A DNA stretch of 64,000 nt from Calditrichia bacterium (GTDB lineage: Bacteria > Calditrichota > Calditrichia > Calditrichales > J004). Each line of letters opens with the position of its first letter. Positions within the stretch are counted from its first letter, which is position 1. The translations under genes were made by a program, and so were the position numbers. Positions 57,473 through 64,000 of this stretch are shown here, in pieces. Under the pieces are notes generated by a model, which made no database searches, had not been told where the DNA came from, and worked only from the letters and a program-made list of their open reading frames with translations. The DNA lies in contig JALXBH010000058.1 of NCBI GenBank assembly GCA_026991535.1, positions 13,037 to 77,036 on the forward strand. Reading direction: 5' to 3'.

Positions 57473-59218
57473 TTAAGACTCTTTTTCCGCCGGATTTTCC
57501 GTTAGGGGCGCGTCGCCGGACTTTGTTTGTTCCGCCGTCTTTTCCCGTTCCACGTTTTCCAGATAATGCTTTACGGCAGCCTTTTTGTTTAAAAAGAAGT
57601 TCGAAGCGCCCAGAAAATCATAATAACCGGTTCGCTTCATGGTGTCGCGCACGGGACCTTTCACATTGGTGAAATAGAATTCGATGCCGCGGTCTTTCAG
57701 GTTTTGGGTCAATTCATGCAATTCCAGATCGGCGGTGGCGTCGATATCATTAACGCTGCTGGCGTCAAAGATGACGGCCTTTACCGGTCTGCGGGCGTTC
57801 AAAATCTCCTCCTCCACAAAATCACGCAGGAAAGAGACGTTGGTAAAGGAGAGCGAAGCGTCGATGCGGAAGATGACCAGCCCCTCGATTTCCCGGGCTT
57901 CGGGGGCGCGCTTAAAATTGCGCAGGGTGTCCGTGCCGGGGATTTGCCCCATCTGGGCCATGTGCGGGTGGCTCATGCGCCGCAGGATGATGACCACCGA
58001 GGCGGCCATGCCCATTAAAATGCCATACTGTACGCCAAAAATGATGGTCGATAGAAAGGAAAAGATCAACACGAAAAAATCGTTGCGCTGGCAGCGGTAA
58101 AGACGCAGGGCTTCCCTGAAGTCGATGAGTTTGACTATGGCCACGATGATGATGGCCGCCAGAACCGCGTTGGGCAGATAGTAGAACAGGGGCGTAAGAA
58201 AAAGCAGGGTGGCTGCCAAAAACAGCGAGGTGAACAAGGCCGCAAACTGGCTTTGGGCCCCGCTTTGGGCGTTAACCGCCGTGCGGGAGAAGCTGCCCCC
58301 CATGGGATAGGCGCGAAACAGACCGGCCAGCATATTGGCCGAACCGATGGCCACCAGTTCCTGATTGGGATCAATGCGATACCGGTAGCGGGAGGCAAAT
58401 TTTTTACCCAGGGCCACCACCTCCATAAAGCTGATCATGGCCATGGTAAAGGCCAGCGGAATGAGGGACTCCACGGTTTCAAGTTCAAACGGTGGCACTT
58501 GAAAGGCGGGCAGACCGCGGGGAATATCACCCACCACGGACATGCCGTCCCGGTCGAAACGGAAATACCATACCAGCCCGGCCGTGAGGATTACCGCCAA
58601 CAGCGCCGCGGGCAGGCGGGGGTTGATCTTTTTGACCACATATAAAAACAGGATACTGCTCAGCCCCATCAACAGGGTGGGGATATGCGTTTCGGGTATC
58701 ATGACCATTATATCCCGTACGGCGTAAACCACCGACCCGCTGCGCGGCATGGCCACACCGAGGATATATCTCAATTGACTCAGGGAGATGATGATGGCCG
58801 CGGCGGAGATAAAGCCGCTCAGTACCGGATGGGAAAGGAAATTGACGATAAAGCCCATGCGTCCCAGGCCCAGCGCCATCTGGATCAGGCCAACCATCAG
58901 CGCGGTCAGGCCGGCCAGCATGATAAACTGGTTGCTGCCGGGAGCGGCCAGTAAACTGACACCGGTGACCAGCAAAATGGAATCGATGGCCACGGGGCCC
59001 ACGGAAAGATGGCGCGATGTGCCTAAAAAGGTATAGACGAACAGGGCCAGCATGGCGCCGTACAATCCGGCAATCGCCGGCATACCGGCCAGCATGGCGT
59101 AGGCCATACCCTGGGGAATGAGCATCACCGCCACGGTGAAACCGGCCAGCATATCCTGTTTCAGATTACGCCGGTCATAGGACGGTAACCAGGTGAGTAT
59201 CGGTAAATATTTTTTCAT
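57473..59218 (-). CDS. SulP family anion permease with C-terminal STAS domain
   Basis: WLPSYDRRNLKQDMLAGFTVAVMLIPQGMAYAMLAG is the canonical SulP N-terminus. C-terminal STAS domain (VIFDASSVNDIDATADLELHELTQNLKDRGIEFYFTNVKGPV). Confidence 0.9.
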   Translation of the reverse strand: MKKYLPILTWLPSYDRRNLKQDMLAGFTVAVMLIPQGMAYAMLAGMPAIAGLYGAMLALFVYTFLGTSRHLSVGPVAIDSILLVTGVSLLAAPGSNQFIMLAGLTALMVGLIQMALGLGRMGFIVNFLSHPVLSGFISAAAIIISLSQLRYILGVAMPRSGSVVYAVRDIMVMIPETHIPTLLMGLSSILFLYVVKKINPRLPAALLAVILTAGLVWYFRFDRDGMSVVGDIPRGLPAFQVPPFELETVESLIPLAFTMAMISFMEVVALGKKFASRYRYRIDPNQELVAIGSANMLAGLFRAYPMGGSFSRTAVNAQSGAQSQFAALFTSLFLAATLLFLTPLFYYLPNAVLAAIIIVAIVKLIDFREALRLYRCQRNDFFVLIFSFLSTIIFGVQYGILMGMAASVVIILRRMSHPHMAQMGQIPGTDTLRNFKRAPEAREIEGLVIFRIDASLSFTNVSFLRDFVEEEILNARRPVKAVIFDASSVNDIDATADLELHELTQNLKDRGIEFYFTNVKGPVRDTMKRTGYYDFLGASNFFLNKKAAVKHYLENVEREKTAEQTKSGDAPLTENPAEKES

Positions 59219-59576
59219 GCTTCCCTTGTAAAACGTAAAAGTAAAAGGAAGCCTACGTTGATGGTGGTGGGTTTGCCCTTCCGGTTCTGGAGGCTGGAAA
59301 GGCTTGACCCAATATAGCAGGCTGAGCCATTGTTGGCAAACTAAAAATGGCTAATTCTTTTTCCCGGCGTAAATAGTTCTATTTTGTGGCTAGGGCGGCC
59401 TTTATTGTAGAATAGTCCCCACCTTTTTTGATTAATATTCTCCATTTTACGGCCACCGGGCTAAAAAAACGGCGTTTTAGGCTGCCCCGCGCCGCTGGCA
59501 CCATCTTTGTACTAAGGGGCAGTGTTCTAAAAGATAAACCGAACAGACAGGCTAAAAGCCGGTAAAGGAGGCAGGC

Positions 59577-59732
59577 ATGAGACACCAGACAATCTTTCGC
59601 GATCCGGTTTGCGGGAAAAAGGTCAATAAAAACAAAGCCCATATTATTATCACTTATCAGGGCAGGGAATACGCCCTGTGTTGCCCCAAATGCCAGTCGG
59701 AGTTTGAGAAAGCACCTGAAAAATACACCTAA
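59577..59732 (+). CDS. YHS-domain mini-protein (51 aa), absent from the ORF track
   Basis: Hand translation: MRHQTIFRDPVCGKKVNKNKAHIIITYQGREYALCCPKCQSEFEKAPEKYT. AAGGAGG lies 6 nt upstream of the ATG. DPVCG...Y.G..Y..C...C...F...PEKY is the YHS/TRASH pattern. Confidence 0.7.
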   Translation: MRHQTIFRDPVCGKKVNKNKAHIIITYQGREYALCCPKCQSEFEKAPEKYT

Positions 59733-59775
59733 GGCGTATTAATGTGGCTATATTATAGGTCAGACGGAGAAGAAA

Positions 59776-61092
59776 ATGGAAAAGGCTCAAAAACATATTG
59801 TGATCATCGGCGCCGGTTTTGCGGGAGTCTATGCCGCGCGGAATCTGGCCCGGATGAATAAGGATTTCAGGATTACCCTGGTGGACCGGCATAATTACCA
59901 CCTGTTTCAGCCCCTGTTGTATCAGGTGGCCATGGGGCATCTTTCACCGGAAAGTATCGCCTATCCTATCCGGGCCATCTTTTCCGGCTATAAAAATGTT
60001 TCGGTTACCAAGGGTATCGTAAGCGGCATCGATCTGGAGGCCGGGACCGTTCAGATGCGCAACCAGACCCTGCACTACGACGAACTGATCGTGGCCACGG
60101 GGGTTAAGCCCAATTATTTCGGTCACAACGAATGGGAGCGCTACGCGCCGGGAATAAAAACGATTCAGGACGCTCTGTACATGCGTCTGCGCATTTACAA
60201 TATTTTTGAGATGGCGGAAAGAAATAAAGCGCTGAAGGATGAGGCGCCGCCGCTGAACTTTGTGGTGATCGGCGGTGGTCCCGCCGGGGTGGAGCTTTCC
60301 GGCGCCCTGGCCGAGCTGAGCCGTAAGGTGCTGAAAAAAGACTTCCGCCATATCCGTCCGGATAAGGCCCGTATCTACCTGGTGGAGGCCCTCGATCATA
60401 TACTGGGCGGTTTTCCGCCGGAACTGGAAAAATCCGCTCTTAAATCCCTGGCCCGGCTGGGCGTGGAAGTGAAAACCGGTCACCGGGTGACCGATATCCG
60501 GGGCGACCGGGTGATGTTGCAATCGCCGGAAGGGGAAAAGGTTATTGAGAGCCAGGCTGTTTTGTGGACGGCGGGTGTGCAGGCCTCCTACTCCCGTGAA
60601 CTTTTTCTGCAGGCGGATCAACTGGAGTTTGACCGCATGGGACGGATAAAGGTTAATCCTGACCTGAGCGTGCCCGGTTATGAAAATGTGTACGTGGTTG
60701 GCGATCTGGCCTTTGTGCCGCGGGAAGACGGGCGTCCCCTGCCGGGTGTGGCTTCGGTGGCCATTCAGGAAGGGGCCTACGCGGCCCGGGCCATTATGGA
60801 GCGCTACAGCGGCCGTAAGGCACGTCCCTTCCGTTTTTTCAGCAAGGGCCGCATGGCGGTGATCGGCCGTAACGCGGCCGTCGTGGAATTGGGCCCGCTG
60901 AAAATGAGCGGTTTTCCGGCCTGGCTGATCTGGGTGTTTATCCACATCGCCTATCTGATAAGCTTTCAAAACCGGCTTACGGTGATGCTGAATTGGGCCT
61001 GGTACTATTTCCGGCAAAAGGTTTCGGCGCGCATCGTTTTCGGTTGCGAGGATAAAGATATTAATCATCCTGTTCCCAAATGTCCGGAATAG
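59776..61092 (+). CDS. ndh: type II NADH:quinone oxidoreductase (NDH-2)
   Basis: Two dinucleotide folds, HIVIIGAGFAGV and FVVIGGGPAGVELSGAL. YVVGDLA motif. C-terminal amphipathic/hydrophobic tail (FPAWLIWVFIHIAYLISF). Confidence 0.9.
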   Translation: MEKAQKHIVIIGAGFAGVYAARNLARMNKDFRITLVDRHNYHLFQPLLYQVAMGHLSPESIAYPIRAIFSGYKNVSVTKGIVSGIDLEAGTVQMRNQTLHYDELIVATGVKPNYFGHNEWERYAPGIKTIQDALYMRLRIYNIFEMAERNKALKDEAPPLNFVVIGGGPAGVELSGALAELSRKVLKKDFRHIRPDKARIYLVEALDHILGGFPPELEKSALKSLARLGVEVKTGHRVTDIRGDRVMLQSPEGEKVIESQAVLWTAGVQASYSRELFLQADQLEFDRMGRIKVNPDLSVPGYENVYVVGDLAFVPREDGRPLPGVASVAIQEGAYAARAIMERYSGRKARPFRFFSKGRMAVIGRNAAVVELGPLKMSGFPAWLIWVFIHIAYLISFQNRLTVMLNWAWYYFRQKVSARIVFGCEDKDINHPVPKCPE

Positions 61093-61166
61093 GAATAACG
61101 GCCCCTTCTTTCCGTATCAAACCGGTTTTTTGCGGTGGAACGGACAAGGGACTGAAAGGACAAACA

Positions 61167-61355
61167 ATGTTAATAGACGTAGTGTGCGGCATGCACCTGG
61201 ATGAGGACGCCGGGGAACTCGTCTTTGTGGAATACAAGGGCCGGGAGTATGCCTTTTGCACACAATTGTGCAAGGTGCAGTTTGAATCGGATCCCGAAAA
61301 ATACAGCTCTGATGAATGGCGTGAATTTCTGGAGGAACGGGAGAACAGGGATTAG
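61167..61355 (+). CDS. YHS-domain mini-protein (62 aa)
   Basis: Internal ATG at 61167 (AAAGGA upstream): MLIDVVCGMHLDEDAGELVFVEYKGREYAFCTQLCKVQFESDPEKY, followed by an acidic tail. Confidence 0.7.
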   Translation: MLIDVVCGMHLDEDAGELVFVEYKGREYAFCTQLCKVQFESDPEKYSSDEWREFLEERENRD

Positions 61356-61407
61356 TTCGCCGACCATCTTTTAAACGACAATGATCCCAAATATGGAGGA
61401 GAAGCTT

Positions 61408-62112
61408 ATGTCCGAGAAGCTTATTTGGTTTGTATGGTCTTTGGCACTGATCGGTGTCTGGCTGCTGGTTTACGTGCTCTATAAAAACGGCCGTAAACGC
61501 ATGCTGTGGGCCAGCCTGTACACCATGCCCTTTGGTCTGACCGAACCCATCTTTGTGCCCGAATACTGGAATCCGCCATCATTGTTTGATCTGGCGCAAA
61601 GAACCGGCTTTGATATCGAAAGCCTGATCTTTTGCTTCGGTATCGGCGGTCTGGGAGTGGTTTTGTACGACTTTATTTTCAAGGTACGGCATGAGTCGAT
61701 GAGCGTGGAAGAGAAACATCACAGCCGGCACCGCTTTCACCTGTGGACCTTGCTTTCGCCGATCATTCTGTTTCCGATCCTCTATTTCGCCGTAAGCTGG
61801 AACGTGATCTATACGGCCACGCTGACCATGTTTGTGGCCGCCCTGGCCGCGCTTTGGTGCCGCCCCGACCTGAAGGGCAAAATATGGGTCAGCGGCGTCA
61901 TCTTTACCCTTTTTTACCTGGTCTATTTTCTCTCGTTAATCGCCGTCTCACCGGGTTATGTGGAACGGGTATGGACCCTGACGGCCATCTCGGGCATTGA
62001 GATTCTTGGCATTCCCGTGGAAGAGCTTCTGTTTGCCTTTACCTTCGGCATGTTGTGGGCCAGCTATTATGAACATCTGACCTGGCATAAAATCAAAAAA
62101 GCCGGGGCATAA
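61408..62112 (+). CDS. 7-TM membrane protein, possibly lycopene-cyclase-domain family
   Basis: ATG at 61408 follows GGAGGAG. The motif GIPVEELLFAFTFGMLW resembles the PxEE motif of CrtYc/Yd-type cyclase domains. The assignment is weak. Confidence 0.35.
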   Translation: MSEKLIWFVWSLALIGVWLLVYVLYKNGRKRMLWASLYTMPFGLTEPIFVPEYWNPPSLFDLAQRTGFDIESLIFCFGIGGLGVVLYDFIFKVRHESMSVEEKHHSRHRFHLWTLLSPIILFPILYFAVSWNVIYTATLTMFVAALAALWCRPDLKGKIWVSGVIFTLFYLVYFLSLIAVSPGYVERVWTLTAISGIEILGIPVEELLFAFTFGMLWASYYEHLTWHKIKKAGA

Positions 62113-62127
62113 AAAAAGGAGGATGTT

Positions 62128-62379
62128 ATGAGCAATATCAGAGTCAACACCCTGACTTTCGCCACCTTTGTCGCTTTCAGCTTCATCGTGTGTGTGAGCA
62201 CGGCGCTTATCCTGCCGGCGGGTTATACCATGGCCCCTTTTCTGGAAAGTATATTACCGGGTTTTAAGTGGATCAGCGTATCGGCATTTTTTCTGGGCCT
62301 GGTGGAAAGCGCCATCATCGGCGCCTATATCGGACTGGTGTTCACCCCGATCTATAATTTCTTTAACCGGGGCAACTAA
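62128..62379 (+). CDS. small 2-3-TM membrane protein, unknown function
   Basis: AGGAGG RBS. 83 aa, strongly hydrophobic (FATFVAFSFIVCVSTALIL; FFLGLVESAIIGAYIGLVF). Confidence 0.5.
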   Translation: MSNIRVNTLTFATFVAFSFIVCVSTALILPAGYTMAPFLESILPGFKWISVSAFFLGLVESAIIGAYIGLVFTPIYNFFNRGN

Positions 62380-62433
62380 GGCGCGCCGTCTCTCCCTCCT
62401 CAATCCTTCCGGTTGGTACGAGGAGTGGTAAGG

Positions 62434-62475
62434 AAAGCCGGGTCGTGTAAAAAACGGCCCGGCTTTGTTTTTTTA
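62434..62475 (+). terminator. rho-independent terminator ending the YHS-ndh operon
   Basis: Stem gccgggtcg (62437-62445) pairs with cggcccggc (62455-62463), followed by tttgttttttt. Confidence 0.65.
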
Positions 62476-62558
62476 TTACCGGGAATTTGCCCGCCGTCCA
62501 TAGAAATAAAGGACGGAATCGTTTATATTGTCTTTTTCCATTATAGCGAGGGCTTACC

Positions 62559-63224
62559 GTGAAAAAGAACAGCTTCATTCCCCTGGATTTTAAAAGCTAT
62601 CCCCCGGAAGAAATGCAGCAGCGGGCGCGGGACTACCGGCAACTGATGTCCCGTCGCCGTTCGGTGCGCGCTTTTTCGGACAAGGCGGTTCCCCGTTCAC
62701 TGATCGAAACGCTTTTACTGACGGCGGGCAGCGCCCCCAGCGGGGCCAATCTGCAACCTTGGCATTTTGTGGCCGTTTCCGATCCCGGGGTTAAAAAGAA
62801 AATCCGTCTGGCCGCCGAGGAGGAAGAACGCGCTTTTTACAGCGAGCGCGCCCCGGAAGAGTGGCTGAAGGATCTGGAACCCTTTGCTACCAATGACCAA
62901 AAGCCTTTTCTGGAAACGGCGCCCTGGCTGATCGCCGTTTTTGAGCAGCGTTATGGCATCAATGCCGACGGCAGTAAAAAGAAACATTACTATGTGGGCG
63001 AATCGGTGGGACTGGCCACGGGACTGTTGATCAGCGCCATCCATAACGCCGGTCTGGCTTGTTTAACGCATACCCCGAGCCCGATGAAGTTTTTAAATGA
63101 TATCCTGGAACGTCCGGTTAACGAAAAGCCGTTTTTGCTGCTGGTGGTCGGCTACCCGGAAAAGGGTATAACCGTGCCCGATAACCGGCGCAAGGGATTG
63201 GATGAGATCGCCACTTTTATTTAA
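62559..63224 (+). CDS. flavin nitroreductase-superfamily protein, iodotyrosine deiodinase (IYD)-like
   Basis: GTG start. [72 protein letters not shown] and [24 protein letters not shown] are collinear with my recollection of animal and bacterial IYD. Confidence 0.75.
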   Translation: MKKNSFIPLDFKSYPPEEMQQRARDYRQLMSRRRSVRAFSDKAVPRSLIETLLLTAGSAPSGANLQPWHFVAVSDPGVKKKIRLAAEEEERAFYSERAPEEWLKDLEPFATNDQKPFLETAPWLIAVFEQRYGINADGSKKKHYYVGESVGLATGLLISAIHNAGLACLTHTPSPMKFLNDILERPVNEKPFLLLVVGYPEKGITVPDNRRKGLDEIATFI

Positions 63225-63243
63225 GCCGCTGCCTGTTATCCGG

Positions 63244-64000
63244 CTATGGTTGTTTGTTGCCGGGATTTGTTGCCGGATATTCAAAAGCACCCATATCCCA
63301 GCCGGCGCCGGCGGGTCGTTTCGCTCCGCGTCTATCGTCGGTTATACCCAAACCGGAGATATCCCGGCCGGAATCGACGGGCAGGCTGTTTTCCTTCAGA
63401 CGGTAGTCACCGGCGGGAGCATCGATAAAGGTATCGGGCCACAGCGACGGGGGAACGGTACGGTTCTCCCGCGAAAAAAGAGCCTTGCCCCGCAGCGCTT
63501 TGGGCAGGCGCCGGGTCAGGAAGAGATTGTTGATCACCCGGAAATCCACCGGTGTTCCGGCAACGGCCTTGAGGGCTTGTTTCAGGTTTAGCCCGAAGGT
63601 GTTGTTAAACAGAAAGAGCCTCTCCGGCCGGCCTTCATAACGCACTCCCACATCGCAATCATAAATCAGGGCATTGGCCAGGGTGACCCGCGCCGGGGCC
63701 CGCAAACGGAAAGCGATTTCACTGTCATAGACGGTTACCCCCTCAATGTGGGCGGTTACCGGGTTTTTGATATTAAAGGCGGCGGCGTTTTTAATGCGGT
63801 GAGAGCGGAAGCCGTGGGCGGTTATGTTTTTGAAGCGGATGTTATGACGGCCGGGGTCATCGGTTTTGCGGGCTTTGGTATCGATGGCGTTTTCGGCCAG
63901 GATCATGCCCACGGCCCGCGCGGGCAAACCGGAGGCTTCCACCTCGGTGGCACTGAGCGGCGCTACCCATAAACGGCAATCCTCAATCCGTACATTGTCC
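63244..64000 (-). CDS. right-handed beta-helix protein, C-terminal part (gene continues past the right window edge)
   Basis: The frame stays open from 63942 to nt 64000. Beta-helix-like repeats (ITAHGFRS, VTVYDSEIAFR, ALIYDCDVGV, FNNTFGLN). C-terminus DDRRGAKRPAGAGWDMGAFEY is typical of 'choice-of-anchor Q'-type ends. Confidence 0.6.
   Translation of the reverse strand, partial: DNVRIEDCRLWVAPLSATEVEASGLPARAVGMILAENAIDTKARKTDDPGRHNIRFKNITAHGFRSHRIKNAAAFNIKNPVTAHIEGVTVYDSEIAFRLRAPARVTLANALIYDCDVGVRYEGRPERLFLFNNTFGLNLKQALKAVAGTPVDFRVINNLFLTRRLPKALRGKALFSRENRTVPPSLWPDTFIDAPAGDYRLKENSLPVDSGRDISGLGITDDRRGAKRPAGAGWDMGAFEYPATNPGNKQP

Noticed and set aside
59219-59400. A possible Moco (molybdenum cofactor) riboswitch in the leader of the SulP/molybdoenzyme operon.
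   Set aside because: The minus-strand leader contains GCCUCCAG and CCGGAAGGGCAAACCC. I could not reproduce the conserved Moco-motif core or its multi-stem architecture by eye. It needs an Infernal scan, so no claim is made.

Overview
This is a 64-kb chromosomal segment from a Gram-negative bacterium. Two proteins carry type IX secretion (T9SS) C-terminal sorting domains, both TonB-dependent receptors have CarboxypepD_reg N-domains, and NagB is the long NagB-LmbE form. Together these point to the FCB superphylum (Bacteroidota/Calditrichota/Ignavibacteriota-like); that placement is inference. Coding density is high and most genes are core or envelope functions: sucA-sucB, eno-ftsB, hup, dacB, arginine deiminase, a poly-HAMP chemoreceptor, USP, DinG, and two tandem tRNA-Ser genes. 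I did not see any rRNA, CRISPR array, integrase, transposase or prophage gene. Five regions stand out. (1) A sharply AT-rich two-gene island at 50.2-52.7 kb encodes an EcoRI-methylase-family adenine methyltransferase. It is translationally coupled to a DUF262(ParB/GmrS-like)-HNH nuclease, giving an RM-like defence module with an atypical nuclease. (2) An operon at 52.9-59.2 kb encodes a SulP permease, a fused 4x[4Fe-4S]/NrfD subunit and a 949-aa molybdopterin oxidoreductase with no Tat signal. This implies a cytoplasm-facing, SoeABC-like complex. (3) A GlcNAc/chitobiose locus at 17.4-30.1 kb is built around a GH94 phosphorylase, an AmpG-like MFS transporter, NagB-LmbE, a TonB receptor and a T9SS beta-helix protein. 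It has no recognisable chitinase and a divergent AT-rich membrane-anchored winged-helix protein. (4) An NDH-2 gene is flanked by two YHS-domain mini-proteins, one of which is below the ORF-track cutoff. (5) A PorU-like C25 peptidase follows a large beta-barrel protein. All functional calls rest on motif and architecture recognition by eye. No database search was run.
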